Counted from the stretch's first letter, positions 1 through 10,211 are shown. The stretch is 64,000 nt of DNA from an uncultured Actinomycetes bacterium (GCA_963805545.1 CAWDUU010000012.1:6968-70967); one strand, 5' to 3'. The notes: generated from the letters alone by a model not told the origin. Made by a program: numbers and translations.

Positions 1-630
1 GAGCGACTCGACCTCGAGCCCGGCCACGTCGACCAGCCCGAGCCACTCGTTCTTCGTCGCCCACCAGAGCGAGCTCGTGCCCCCGCCGTCGAGGATGATG
101 TCGATGCGGTTGTCGCCGACGGCGTGGCGGACGGTGTGGGGGACGGGCTCGTCCGCGTGCGCGCCGTCGTGCTGGGCGGCGAACGCGTGATCGAACGCGA
201 ACGCGTTCCAGGCGAAGCGGCCGCCGGGCAGAAGCGACGCCGCGACGCGCTCGAACGTGCGCCGCCGGTCGGCCCACGTCGGCAGATGCAGCAGTGCCCG
301 GAACGGGCAGTAGATGAGCGCGGCCGGCTCGTCGGGCGCGAGGTCGCGCATGTCGCCCTCGCGCAGGTCGAGCTCGACGCCGGCCGCGGCGGCGTTGGCG
401 CGGGCCTGGGCGAGCATGGCCGGCGAGGTGTCGATGCCGAGCACCCGGCGGCCGGTGGCCTGTGCGACCGGGATCGCGACGCGGCCGTTCCCGACCGCCA
501 GCTCGACGAGGGGCCCGCCGGCGCGCCGGGCCAGCTCGACGTAGAAGCCGACGTCGGCGGTCATGCCGGCCGACCACTCCTCGTAGCGGTGCGAGAACGC
601 CTCGTCCCAGCTCGTGCCGGAGCCGCTCAC
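1..630 (-). CDS. Class I SAM-dependent methyltransferase (3' end runs off window)
   Basis: Not in ORF track; translated by hand from GTG 630: MSGSGTSWDEAFSHRYEEW...LVELAVGNGRV...GIDTSPAML...EGDMRD...LLPGGRF (motif I and post-I/II/III). Confidence 0.85.
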   Translation of the reverse strand, partial: MSGSGTSWDEAFSHRYEEWSAGMTADVGFYVELARRAGGPLVELAVGNGRVAIPVAQATGRRVLGIDTSPAMLAQARANAAAAGVELDLREGDMRDLAPDEPAALIYCPFRALLHLPTWADRRRTFERVAASLLPGGRFAWNAFAFDHAFAAQHDGAHADEPVPHTVRHAVGDNRIDIILDGGGTSSLWWATKNEWLGLVDVAGLEVESL

Positions 631-669
631 GCGCCCGGCCCGGATGAGCCGGAGGACGCGCGGTCCACG

Positions 670-2055
670 TCATCCACCGGCGGGTCGGATGTTCTGGTTC
701 ACGTGGAACATGTTCCCGCCATCGTAGGCCGCCTTGACCCGGGCGAGCCGGTCGTAGTTTCCCCGGTAGGTGGCGCGCACGCGCTCGTCGCCCTCGTCCA
801 TCATGAAGTTGACGTACGCGGCGCCCATCGAGGAGGGATGCACCGCGTCCCAGTAGTCGCGCGCCCAGCCGCTGATCGTTGCGGCGTTCGACGGGTCAGG
901 ATCGATGCCGGCGATCGCCATCGACCACGTCGCGTCGCGGTGGCTGAAGGCGGTGTCTCCGGCGGCGACGGTCGCGGCCGCGCCGTCGATCGGATACAGG
1001 TGCATGCCCGACTTCCAGGTCGGCATGGTCCGTGCGAAGTCGAGATGGCGTGCGATCGCGTCGTCGGGGATCTCGGCGACGAAGTCGCCGCGCCAGTACC
1101 ACTGGTCGCCTGGGGGCATCAGCGCGTCGAACGCGCCCTGGAGCATCGGATAGGGGAGCTCGTGCGGCCCGTGCAGCGCGGGAGGGGCCGGATCGTTGAC
1201 GGCGAGGAGCGTCCTGCGGGCCCGGTCCGCGGGGCCCGTGCAGCACCAGACGATCGCGCACATCTTCTGGAGATGCAGCTCCTCCGGGAACGGGGGAGCC
1301 GGCGGCACCGACAGGAAGGCGAAGAACCCGTAGACGTCCTCCGGCGCGTCGGGGAGGAACTCGCGGTACCACCGCAGCACGTCGGGGGCGGCCTCGAGCG
1401 GCCACAGGGTCGGGCCGCCGAGGACGGTCGAGACGGGATGCAGCCTGAACGTGAACGACGTCACGACGCCGAAGTTGCCGCCGCCGCCGCGCAGCGCCCA
1501 GAAGAGATCAGGATGGTCGTCGTCGCTCGCCGTCACGAACGATCCGTCGGCGAGCACGACGTCCGCGGCCACGAGGTTGTCGATCGTGAGGCCGTGCTTC
1601 CGCGTGAGGTAGCCGTGGCCGCCGCCGAGCGTGAGGCCGCCGATCCCGGTGGTCGAGATGATGCCCGCCGGGACGGCGAGGCCGAAGCCGCCAGCGGCGT
1701 GGTCGACGTCGCCGACGAGCGCGCCTCCCCCGACGGTGGCGAGGCGGGCGTCGGGATCCACCCGGACGCCGTTCATCGGCCCGAGGTCGATCACCAGGCC
1801 GTCGTCCACGCCGCCGAGCCCCGCGCCGCTGTGGCCGCCGCCGCGAACCGCGACCTCGAGCCCTTCACGCTGCGCGAGGTCGAGGGCCGCGCGCACGTCG
1901 GCGACGTCGCGGCAGCGCGCGATGAGCGCCGGCCGCCGGTCGACCATCGCGTTGTGCAGGCTGCGGGCGCGGTCGTATCCCGGTGTCTCCGGGTCGATCA
2001 GCTCTCCCCGGAACGTGCTGCGGACGTCGTCGCGGGATTGGGTGGTCGTGGGCAT
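670..2055 (-). CDS. FAD-binding oxidoreductase, berberine-bridge/VAO family
   Basis: RPALIARC...VRGGGHS FAD-attachment motif, DLFWALRGGGGNFGVVT, C-terminal BBE motif YVNF...RLARVKAAYD; ATG overlaps upstream stop (TGATG) after AAAGGAGG. Confidence 0.92.
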   Translation of the reverse strand: MPTTTQSRDDVRSTFRGELIDPETPGYDRARSLHNAMVDRRPALIARCRDVADVRAALDLAQREGLEVAVRGGGHSGAGLGGVDDGLVIDLGPMNGVRVDPDARLATVGGGALVGDVDHAAGGFGLAVPAGIISTTGIGGLTLGGGHGYLTRKHGLTIDNLVAADVVLADGSFVTASDDDHPDLFWALRGGGGNFGVVTSFTFRLHPVSTVLGGPTLWPLEAAPDVLRWYREFLPDAPEDVYGFFAFLSVPPAPPFPEELHLQKMCAIVWCCTGPADRARRTLLAVNDPAPPALHGPHELPYPMLQGAFDALMPPGDQWYWRGDFVAEIPDDAIARHLDFARTMPTWKSGMHLYPIDGAAATVAAGDTAFSHRDATWSMAIAGIDPDPSNAATISGWARDYWDAVHPSSMGAAYVNFMMDEGDERVRATYRGNYDRLARVKAAYDGGNMFHVNQNIRPAGG

Positions 2056-2909
2056 CAGGCTCCTCCTTTCGTGGCCGCGGGCTTGCGCCCGAGGGCGAGC
2101 AGGTACTCCGAGCTCACGAGCCCGTCGTGGAGCTCCACCAGCTCCGATCGCAGCGCCGGCCAGCGTCCGTCCGCCTCCGTGAGCGCCCGGACGGCGATCA
2201 GCGGACCCAGGGTCCGCGAGTGGTACTCGACGTTCTGCTCCGCCGAGTCGAACGGCGGCAGGTCGGCCACGCCGCGCTCGAACTCGAGCTCGACGCCGGT
2301 GCCGTCGAAGAGCGAGCGGAGGTGCTCCTCGGATCCCCAGAGCCATGGCGGCGACGCGAAGCCGGGCGCGGGCGGCAGGTAGCGCGCGACCGCGCGGAAG
2401 ACTCCGGCCAGGGGGCTGTCCACCGCCCAGCTGCACACGGCCAGACGCCCGGCCGGCCGCAGCATCCGCGCCAGCTCGCGCGCGGCCACCCGATGGCGGG
2501 GAGCGAACATCACGCCCATGACCGAGAGCACGACGTCGTAGCTCCCGTCGGGGAACGGCAGGGCCTCGGCGTCCCCCTCGGTCCAGTCGAGGCTCGCGCC
2601 GGCGGCCGCGGCCACCCTCCGCCCGGCGGCGAGGAGCTCGGGCGTGAGGTCGAGGGCGACGACGCGGCCCCCGGCTGCTGCGGCCCGAATGGCGGCGTTG
2701 CCGGTGCCGCAGGCGACGTCGAGCACGTCGTCGCCTTCGCGCACCGTCACCCGCTCCACGATTCGCTCGCCCAGCGGCCAGAGCTCGCGGGCGGCGATCT
2801 CGGCGTAGTCGCCCGCGGCCCACATGGTCCGGGCGCGGCGCTTGAGCTCGTGCAGGAGCGGGTCCTCCGCGAGCCTCGCGACGATCGGCGAGTGTCCGGG
2901 AACGGTCAT
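2055..2909 (-). CDS. Class I SAM-dependent methyltransferase
   Basis: MWAAGDY, VLDVACGTGNA, EGDAEALPFPDGSYDVVLS, LRPAGR motifs. Confidence 0.9.
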   Translation of the reverse strand: MTVPGHSPIVARLAEDPLLHELKRRARTMWAAGDYAEIAARELWPLGERIVERVTVREGDDVLDVACGTGNAAIRAAAAGGRVVALDLTPELLAAGRRVAAAAGASLDWTEGDAEALPFPDGSYDVVLSVMGVMFAPRHRVAARELARMLRPAGRLAVCSWAVDSPLAGVFRAVARYLPPAPGFASPPWLWGSEEHLRSLFDGTGVELEFERGVADLPPFDSAEQNVEYHSRTLGPLIAVRALTEADGRWPALRSELVELHDGLVSSEYLLALGRKPAATKGGA

Positions 2910-2947
2910 GCGGACAGCCTCGCGGCCCGGCCGCTTCACCGAATCGG

Positions 2948-4654
2948 TCAGAACCCTGAAGTCGAGGCGGAACCGTGTTCGAGGTGGCGAACGGCATACG
3001 CCGCCGCCTCGGCGCGGCTGCGGAGCCCGAGCTTCTGAAGGACGTTTCGGACGTGGTGCTCGACGGTCTTGCGGGTGAGGAAGAGCCGCGCCGCGATCTC
3101 GCGATTCGAATGCCCCTCGGCGAGCAGCTCGAGCACCTCGCGCTCCCGCCTGGTCAGCGCACCGGCCCCGCGCCCGCCGGTGCGCGCCGCCGCGACGCCG
3201 AGCGATCGCAGCAGGGCGGCCGCGTCGTCGGCGTCCCGGCCGGCGCCCAGGCGCTCGAACGCGGCGAGCGCCGCCCGGCCCTCGCGGGCGGCGGCGGAAT
3301 CGTCGGGTACCGTCTTTGCGATCGCGAGGTGCGTCCGGGCGGACTCGTAGGGCAGGCCGAGCCGCGCGAAGCTGGCGAGGGCCCGCTCCAGCTCCGCCAA
3401 GGCGGCCTCCGGCTCGCCGGCCGCGGCCAGCACACGGCCCGCCGCCCGTGCCGCCATGGCGACGACCGGCTCGCATCCGGCCCGGGCGCCCAGCTCGGCC
3501 AGGGCATCGGCGGCAGCACGGGCGTCGCCGGCGGCCCCCTGTTCGACCCTCGCCTGCGCCAGGAGCTCGAGCAATGCCGCCCGCTCGAGCGAGGCCGCCG
3601 CCCCGGCCGGATAGGGCCCCGCCCGCTCCGGCCCGTCCAGCTCGCGCAGGCGGCGGCGAAGGACGGTCTCGGCGGCCTGCGCCTCGCCCAGGACGAGCCG
3701 GAGCGCGGCCAGGGGTGCCGCGGCAACCGAGTGGTCCTCGAGACCATCGAGCAGCCGCTCGGCCTCGTCGATCCGCCCCTGGGCCAGGCGGAGCTCGGCC
3801 AGCCGCGCCAGCGCCTCCTCGTGCAGCGCCCGGTCGGCGGTCCGGGCGCTCTCGATCGCGGCGTGCAGCTGGCGCTCGGCCTCGGCCCAGTTGCCGGTCG
3901 CGTACAGGACGGCGCCGTAGTAGGTGCGACACGTGGTGTACAGGTGCGGGCTGCCGAAGCGCTGCGCGAACCCGTCGGTGGCGCGGATCCACTGGGCGGC
4001 CCGCTCGATGCCCACCACGTGGGCGCACGCGCTGATCGTGTTGCAGCTGGCGTAGACGACGGTCCTCAGGTTGTCGCACTCCCCCGCCAGCGACGCGGCC
4101 ATGGCCTCGTCGAGCAGCGCACCGCCCTCGTCCACCCGGCCCAGCTCGACGAGCGCGACGCCGAGCTGGCTCAGCGCGCACAGCTCGAGGTCCGAGTCGT
4201 GATGGCGGCCGGCGAGCCGGCACGCCTCGCGTGACCATTGCTCCGCGACCGCCGGATCGGCGCTGTCGTGCGCCCGCATCAGCATGACCCAGCCCTCGAG
4301 CGGTGCCAGCCCGTGCTCCTCCACGAGTCGCGCGGCCCGCTGGAGCCAGCCCCGGGCCGCGGCGGCGTTTCCCAGGCTGACGCGGTGGTGGAAGTAGAGC
4401 GTCACCGCCGCCACGATGGCCGAGGCGGCATCCCGATCGTGCCGGAACGCCGCGTAGGCCTGCTCCCCGCGGCGGACGGCGCCCTCGGTGTCGCCGAGCC
4501 ACCACAGCGCGTCGCTCAGGCCCAGCAGCGCGTCGGCCCGCTCCTCCTGGCCCAGACAGGCCTCGAAGGCCTCCCGGGCGGAGCCCCACTCGCCGTCATC
4601 GAGGGCGGCGCGGCCGTCGCGGGCGAGCGCCTCAACGTCGGCGGGCACCGTCAT
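2948..4654 (-). CDS. LuxR-family regulator with TPR-like helical N-terminus
   Basis: C-terminal LTRREREVLELLAEGHSNREIAARLFLTRKTVEHHVRNVLQKLG HTH. Confidence 0.9.
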   Translation of the reverse strand: MTVPADVEALARDGRAALDDGEWGSAREAFEACLGQEERADALLGLSDALWWLGDTEGAVRRGEQAYAAFRHDRDAASAIVAAVTLYFHHRVSLGNAAAARGWLQRAARLVEEHGLAPLEGWVMLMRAHDSADPAVAEQWSREACRLAGRHHDSDLELCALSQLGVALVELGRVDEGGALLDEAMAASLAGECDNLRTVVYASCNTISACAHVVGIERAAQWIRATDGFAQRFGSPHLYTTCRTYYGAVLYATGNWAEAERQLHAAIESARTADRALHEEALARLAELRLAQGRIDEAERLLDGLEDHSVAAAPLAALRLVLGEAQAAETVLRRRLRELDGPERAGPYPAGAAASLERAALLELLAQARVEQGAAGDARAAADALAELGARAGCEPVVAMAARAAGRVLAAAGEPEAALAELERALASFARLGLPYESARTHLAIAKTVPDDSAAAREGRAALAAFERLGAGRDADDAAALLRSLGVAAARTGGRGAGALTRREREVLELLAEGHSNREIAARLFLTRKTVEHHVRNVLQKLGLRSRAEAAAYAVRHLEHGSASTSGF

Positions 4655-4663
4655 GAGGCACCG

Positions 4664-6388
4664 CTAGCGACACGGCTCGCTTCCCGAATCCGTCGGGCCG
4701 CCCGCCGCCGCCGGCTTGAATTGCCAGGAGTAGCTGCCGCTTCCCAGCGTGACGGCGAGGATGCCGAACGCCCGGATCCGCCGTTCCGAGCCGGCGATCG
4801 GAGCCGGGAAGCTGCCCTCGCTCTCGCCTCCGGTTCCCACGATGATCTCGCGCGTCCGCGCCCCGGAGGTGGCCGGCTTCCCGCCCGCGTCGAGATCGGC
4901 GAACCGCTCATAGTGGTGGAAGTGGCCGACGAGGACCAGCTCGACGCCCGCGTTGACCATGTCGGCCCAGAACGTGTGCGTGTTCTTCACGCCGCCGGTC
5001 ACGCTCGACCAGGGGGCCTGGTGCCAGTACGCCAGCGTGCACTGGTTTGCGTGCGCCTGAAGGTCGGCTCGAATCCATTTCTCCTCCGGCGAGCCCTTAC
5101 CGCACCCGCCGACCCGGCCGCAGTTGGCGTTGACGGCGAGGACGTGCCACCCGCCGAGATCGTAGCTGTAGTAGCCGTCCCCGGTCACCCCGGCGGCCTC
5201 GGTGACGCCGCGGTCGGCGAAGTACGTGTAGTAGCCGGTCGCCGACTTCGAGCAGTCCTGCTCGCCGAAGCTGCTCGTGGCCTTCACCTCGTGGTTTCCG
5301 GGCACCGGTTCGCTCTTGCCGGCGAAGGCGCCCCAGGTCTTGTCGTAGACCGCGTTCAGGCTCGAGAGGCCGGCGCAGTCGTACTGGAGATCTCCGAGCG
5401 GAAGGACGCGGCTGTACGAGCCCTGCGCGATCAGCTCCGCGGTCGCCTTCTGATGGCAGTGGCCCGTCAGGAGGTCCCCCGTTCCGTCGCCGCCGTTGTA
5501 GTCCGGGTCGGCCGGGTTGCAGGCGATGTCCCCGGCGGCCGCGATGGTGACGCCGCCCGACCCGGTCTGCGTCGTCGCCGAAGCCTCGTTCGACGGCGCC
5601 GACTCGCCGCCCTGATCGAACGCTGTCACCGTGTATGTGTAGGTCGTCCCGGCGGCGAGCCCCGTGTCGGCGTAGGCCGTGGCCGGCGCGGTCACCGTGG
5701 CGAGCGGCGTGGTTCCGCCGCCTCGGTAGACGCGATACCCCGTGATGCCGCTGGTCGGCGACGCCGTCCAGGACAGATCGATCTCGCCGGCCGAGACGGG
5801 CACGGCCCGCAGGTTCGACGGCGCCGCCACCGTCGCTCCGGCCGCGGCCGCCAGGCTCAGGTTGTCGACCACGAACGCGTCGCCGGAGCGGGCATGCTTC
5901 TGGATCACGGCGAAGAGCAGCGAGTCGCCCGTCGTCCGGACGGTGTGCGTGACCGGCGGGATGTCCGTCCAGCTCCCGGTGCCGCTCGTGCACGATGTCT
6001 CCGATGCCGACCCCGATCCCACCTCGCGGACCTGGAGGCACACGGTCTTCCCGGACGGAGCGTTGAACCGGCCTCCGGCGACGTACGCGGCGCCGGCCGC
6101 GGCCGAACGCACCACCTTGCCCGACGACGCGATCCCGTACGTCGTGCCGCTGCCGCCGTAGGCGGCCTGGGCACCGATCCCGCCGCCGTCCCCCGCCACG
6201 AGCGTCAGCGCCGCCCGCCGGCCCTTCCATCCCGCCAGCGAGCCGTTGCCGGTGCCTTCGAAGTCCCCGTTCGAGAGCAGGTTCCCGCTCGCCGCCGCGG
6301 CCCCGGGGGCGAGGACGGCGACCGCCGCGGCGACCAGCACGACCAGCCGCGGACCCCGCGTTCGCCTACGAGATCGCAAATCGCGCAT
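4664..6388 (-). CDS. Secreted metallophosphoesterase with CBM-like and FN3 domains
   Basis: Signal peptide; NLLSNGDFEG; FN3 (LSWTAS...YRVYR...YTYTVTAFD); calcineurin-like motifs AGDIAC, GDLQY, PGNHE, GHFHHYER. Confidence 0.85.
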   Translation of the reverse strand: MRDLRSRRRTRGPRLVVLVAAAVAVLAPGAAAASGNLLSNGDFEGTGNGSLAGWKGRRAALTLVAGDGGGIGAQAAYGGSGTTYGIASSGKVVRSAAAGAAYVAGGRFNAPSGKTVCLQVREVGSGSASETSCTSGTGSWTDIPPVTHTVRTTGDSLLFAVIQKHARSGDAFVVDNLSLAAAAGATVAAPSNLRAVPVSAGEIDLSWTASPTSGITGYRVYRGGGTTPLATVTAPATAYADTGLAAGTTYTYTVTAFDQGGESAPSNEASATTQTGSGGVTIAAAGDIACNPADPDYNGGDGTGDLLTGHCHQKATAELIAQGSYSRVLPLGDLQYDCAGLSSLNAVYDKTWGAFAGKSEPVPGNHEVKATSSFGEQDCSKSATGYYTYFADRGVTEAAGVTGDGYYSYDLGGWHVLAVNANCGRVGGCGKGSPEEKWIRADLQAHANQCTLAYWHQAPWSSVTGGVKNTHTFWADMVNAGVELVLVGHFHHYERFADLDAGGKPATSGARTREIIVGTGGESEGSFPAPIAGSERRIRAFGILAVTLGSGSYSWQFKPAAAGGPTDSGSEPCR

Positions 6389-7580
6389 AGTGGGCCTGGG
6401 CGGTGCCGGCGACCTTGGTGAAGTCGCCGCCGATCTCGAGGCGGCCGGAAGTCCCCAGGGCCGCGAAGACCCCGAGCGTGCTGTTGATCGACGGGTGCCA
6501 GGCGGGATCGAGGGCGCCGCTGCCCTCGTCCAGCGCGGCGATCTTGCGGCGCACGACCGGGTGTGCGCAGTTCGTCCCCAGATCGCAGAAGTTGTCGAAG
6601 TGCCCGCCCGCGACGACGCTGCCGCCGGCGGTCGTGATCGCCTGCACGTTGCCGTCGGTCTGGGCCTGCCACAGCCGTCCGCCGCCGTCGGCCGCGTACG
6701 CGGCCACCATGCCCCCCTTGCCGGCGATGGCGGCGAACACCGATCCGTCCTCCTCCGCCAGGTCGAGGACGGCGGCCGGGGCGCCGGTGCGCCATGTGGA
6801 CGCCGTCCCGGTGACGGGGTCGACCGCCGTCAGGTGCCCCGCGTGGGCGCCGGCGGCGTGCGTGAACGCCCCGCCGAGCACGATCTTCGCGGCGGCGGGG
6901 ACGATGGCGCGGACGCGCCCGTCCGCCCGGGGATCCCAGGCGGTGAGGGCGCCGCCGGCCGTGTCGAAGGCGGCGGCGTGGCCGCGGGACGCGCCGTTGG
7001 CGCGCGTGAACACGCCACCTGCGTAGACGCGGCCTCCGGCCACGGCGAGCGCGTCCACCTCCTTGTTCGTGTGCGCCGCGAACGGCGCGAGCGACCCGCT
7101 CGTCGAGATGAGCGCCAGATGCCGCGCCCTCCGGCCGTCGATCGTGGTGAACGCACCACCGGCCAGGACCCTGGATCCATCGGCGGCGAGGGCCTTCACC
7201 GGATGGTTCGCGTTCGGCGTCCAGCCTGCGACGAGGTTCCCCGCCGTGTCGAACGCGGCGAGGTTCGCGACGGCCGCCGTGTGCCCGGAGTGGTCCGACA
7301 CGCGGCTGAACTTCCCGCCGACGTAGGTGATGCCGCCCAGGTCGAGGATGGCGATGACGCGTCCGTTCGTCTGCCACGTCGCGGCCGGCTTCGCGGCGAT
7401 CCCGGCCCGGGCGGGTGCGGCCGCCAGCACCAGTGCGCCCAGGGCCGCGGCGGCCCCGAGAACGGCTCGCCACAGCGCGCCCCGAACGGAACGGCCTGGC
7501 GCCGGGTGTGGTCGTGGTCGATCGATCGTTCCCCCTGCGGTTCGCTCAGAACCCTCGCCGAGGCGATGGCTTGCGTCCAT
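6366..7580 (-). CDS. Secreted beta-propeller repeat protein (start uncertain)
   Basis: Signal peptide ending PARA, repeated V.ALA...V..GG.F...W.P blades; paralog of 40339..41490. Confidence 0.75.
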   Translation of the reverse strand: MDASHRLGEGSERTAGGTIDRPRPHPAPGRSVRGALWRAVLGAAAALGALVLAAAPARAGIAAKPAATWQTNGRVIAILDLGGITYVGGKFSRVSDHSGHTAAVANLAAFDTAGNLVAGWTPNANHPVKALAADGSRVLAGGAFTTIDGRRARHLALISTSGSLAPFAAHTNKEVDALAVAGGRVYAGGVFTRANGASRGHAAAFDTAGGALTAWDPRADGRVRAIVPAAAKIVLGGAFTHAAGAHAGHLTAVDPVTGTASTWRTGAPAAVLDLAEEDGSVFAAIAGKGGMVAAYAADGGGRLWQAQTDGNVQAITTAGGSVVAGGHFDNFCDLGTNCAHPVVRRKIAALDEGSGALDPAWHPSINSTLGVFAALGTSGRLEIGGDFTKVAGTAQAHYARFAIS

Positions 7581-7780
7581 GGGGTCCTGACCCCAACTCG
7601 TCTGCGGCGGCGCCCGGGTGCGCGCCGAAGGAATGGGGTGTGCGCCGGATTGTCCGTGCACGCGCGGGCTGCGAGACTTGGGGAACCGCCGGCACGAGGA
7701 GTCTTGATTTTGGGACGCAATGTTCACGTGGGTCGGGCGGCTCGCCGCAGGCTGCTGCCGTCGCCGAAGCGCTGCTGCCC

Positions 7781-8113
7781 GTGAGCAGCCTCATTCCACG
7801 GACGCTGATTGCTCGGGCTGCCGGCCGTGACGCTGCCCGCAGGCAGTGGACGCAGGTGTCCCGGTGCCGGGGGTTTCGGGTCTGGACGTCGAGGGGCAGA
7901 CTGGGCGTGGTGGAGGCGGTGCTCTTCGAGGAATGGGGTGAGCCGCGCGAGTTGGTGGTTCGCCGCGGCCGGATCCGGCTTCGCCGGATCAGAATCCCCG
8001 CACGCGAGGTCTCGCTGGTCGACGTGGAACGGCGCTCGGTTTTCGCGGACGGCTGGGCCGGCGGCGCCGCGGCCGGTGGCCGGATGTCCGGCAGGGAGAT
8101 CCTCGACCGGTGA
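7781..8113 (+). CDS. PRC-barrel-like small protein (start uncertain)
   Basis: CRGFRVWTSRGRLGVVEAV...LVVRRG...IPAREVSLVD pattern; stop overlaps GTG of the kinase. Confidence 0.55.
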   Translation: MSSLIPRTLIARAAGRDAARRQWTQVSRCRGFRVWTSRGRLGVVEAVLFEEWGEPRELVVRRGRIRLRRIRIPAREVSLVDVERRSVFADGWAGGAAAGGRMSGREILDR

Positions 8114-9222
8114 ACCGGCACCCGCCCCCCGTCGCGACTCCCGGTCCCGCGCGAGCGGGGGTGCCGTCGCCGTGGGCCGAGTCGTCTCTTCCGCCGGCCC
8201 GGTCGGACGGGGAGGACGCCGGTCGCGGTGCCGCGTTCTCCCAGAGCGCGCTGTCGCGGTCACGTTCGCTCATCTGGCGAGTGCTGGTCATCAACGCGAC
8301 GATCCTCGTCGTCGCCGCGCTCCTGCTCGCGCTCACGCCGTTCACCATTCGCTACCCGATGCGGCCGGATCACGCGCTCGCGCTCGGGGCCGGGGTGCTC
8401 GTCTCGGTCCTGGCGAACGCGCTGCTGCTCCGGTTCGGGCTCGCGCCGCTCGAGCACCTGAAGCTGGCGATGCACGAGGCGGACGTGCTCCAGCCCGGCC
8501 ACCGGCTCCCGGAGACCGAGGGTGCCGCCGAGCTGAACTCGACCGCCGGCGCGTTCAACGACATGCTGACCCGCCTCGAGGCCGAGCGGCGGCGGAGCGC
8601 CATCAGGACGACGTTCGCCGAGGAGGAGCAGCGGCGCCGGCTCTCGCGCGAGCTCCACGATGAGATCGGTCAACGCCTCACCGCCGTCCTGCTCTATCTG
8701 AAGCGCGTTGCCGCCACCGACGACGCGGTGCGGCCCCAGCTGGTCGAGGCGCAGGCCGAGATCCGCACCGCGCTGAACGAGGTCAGGCGGGTGCTCCGCG
8801 AGCTCCGTCCTCAGGTCCTGGAGGAGCTGGGGCTCGTGAGCGCGCTCGCCGAGCTTGCGAACGGCTTCTCGACCCAGGCCGGGCTCCCGATCGACCGCGA
8901 CTTCCCCGAGCCGTTCCCGCGGCTCGATCCGGCTCAGGAGCTCGCCGTCTACCGCATCGCGCAGGAGGCGTTGACGAACGTGGCGCGCCACGCTGAGGCG
9001 ACGCGTGCGTCCGTCACGCTCGGCTGCTCCAACGGGTCGCTCACCCTCGCCGTGGCCGATGACGGCATCGGCCTCGTCCATGGGATCGAGGACGGCGGGA
9101 TTCGCGGCATGCGGGAACGCGCGATCCAGATCCGCGGCGTGCTCACCCTTGGCGCGAGCCCCCTCGGCGGCACCGAGGTGAGGCTGGTGGCTCCGCTCGT
9201 CCTGGCCGGGCCGGATGTCTAG
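8110..9222 (+). CDS. Membrane sensor histidine kinase (HAMP, HisKA_3, HATPase)
   Basis: Two TMs; RRRLSRELHDEIGQ; QEALTNVARHA; DDGIG; GIRGMRERA. Confidence 0.92.
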   Translation: MNRHPPPVATPGPARAGVPSPWAESSLPPARSDGEDAGRGAAFSQSALSRSRSLIWRVLVINATILVVAALLLALTPFTIRYPMRPDHALALGAGVLVSVLANALLLRFGLAPLEHLKLAMHEADVLQPGHRLPETEGAAELNSTAGAFNDMLTRLEAERRRSAIRTTFAEEEQRRRLSRELHDEIGQRLTAVLLYLKRVAATDDAVRPQLVEAQAEIRTALNEVRRVLRELRPQVLEELGLVSALAELANGFSTQAGLPIDRDFPEPFPRLDPAQELAVYRIAQEALTNVARHAEATRASVTLGCSNGSLTLAVADDGIGLVHGIEDGGIRGMRERAIQIRGVLTLGASPLGGTEVRLVAPLVLAGPDV

Positions 9223-9880
9223 AGCGGCGCCGAGACCGGTCCGCATCCTCCTGGCGGACGACCATCCGATGGTGAGGCGAGGGCTTCGCCTGGTGCTCGA
9301 CATGGAGCCCGACCTGGTCGTCGAAGCCGAGGTGAGCGACGGGCACGAGGCGGTGCAGACGGCGCTCCGGCGGGAGTTCGACCTCGCGATCCTCGACGTG
9401 GCCATGCCGCGGATCACCGGGCTCCAGGCGGCGCGGCAGCTCCACAGGCATCGGCCTCTGTTGAAGCTCCTCATGCTGTCGATGCACGAGAGCGAGCAGT
9501 ACCTCCTCGAGGGGTTGAAGGCGGGAGCCTCCGGCTATGTGCTGAAGAGCGCAGCCGACCAGGACCTGGTCGAGGCCTGCCGTGCGGTGATGCGCGGCGA
9601 GCCGTTCCTCTATCCGAGCGATGTCCCGGCGCTCGTCCGCGAGTTCATCGAGGAAGCCAGGGACGGAGACGGCGCGCGGCGCGGGATGCTCACGCCGCGC
9701 GAGGAGGAGATCGTGAAGCTCATCGCTGAGGGGTACACGTCGCGGCAGATTGCCGGCCTGCTCGTCATCGCGCCGAAGACGGTGGAGAGCCACCGCGCGA
9801 ATATCCTCCAGAAGCTGGCCATGCGCGACCGGGTCGAGCTCACCCGCTATGCGATACGGAGCGGGCTGGTCGAGCCGTAG
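9215..9880 (+). CDS. NarL/FixJ-family response regulator
   Basis: ILLADDHPMVR, LDVAMP, GYVLKS, LuxR HTH LTPREEEI...KTVESHRANI. Confidence 0.95.
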   Translation: MSRAAPRPVRILLADDHPMVRRGLRLVLDMEPDLVVEAEVSDGHEAVQTALRREFDLAILDVAMPRITGLQAARQLHRHRPLLKLLMLSMHESEQYLLEGLKAGASGYVLKSAADQDLVEACRAVMRGEPFLYPSDVPALVREFIEEARDGDGARRGMLTPREEEIVKLIAEGYTSRQIAGLLVIAPKTVESHRANILQKLAMRDRVELTRYAIRSGLVEP

Positions 9881-9911
9881 GCTCACTCAACACGGGAAGA
9901 GGAGGGGCGGC

Positions 9912-10211
9912 GTGATCGTGTCGATCGTCAGGTTCCGGTCCGGGTTGACCGACGACGAGGTGCAGCGGCTCTACGAGGGCCGCAGCGCCCGGTACGAGGA
10001 GGTGCCGGGCCTCGTCGAGAAGCTGTACCTGCGCTACCGCTCGGGAGAGCACGGCGCCGTGTACGTGTGGGAGGACGAAAACGCCCTCGAGACGTTCCGT
10101 CGCAGCGAGCTCGGGCGCAGCATCGGCGCCGCCTACCGGGTCGAGGGCGAGCCGCACTCAGAGCTGGCCGACGTGACGCTGCTGGTGGATCGGCGCGTCA
10201 GGGGAATCTGA
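9912..10211 (+). CDS. YdhR-like dimeric alpha/beta-barrel (putative monooxygenase)
   Basis: VPGLVEKLYL...GAVYVWED; GGAGGGG SD before GTG 9912. Confidence 0.75.
   Translation: MIVSIVRFRSGLTDDEVQRLYEGRSARYEEVPGLVEKLYLRYRSGEHGAVYVWEDENALETFRRSELGRSIGAAYRVEGEPHSELADVTLLVDRRVRGI

Noticed and set aside
7690-7740. GGGACGCAA resembling part of a c-di-GMP-I riboswitch
   Set aside because: No GGCAAA, GNRA-capped stem or receptor in the right arrangement.
10158-10211. 54-nt convergent overlap of the YdhR-like and YrdB-like genes
   Set aside because: Short tail overlaps are common in GC-rich genomes (also 27596-27614).
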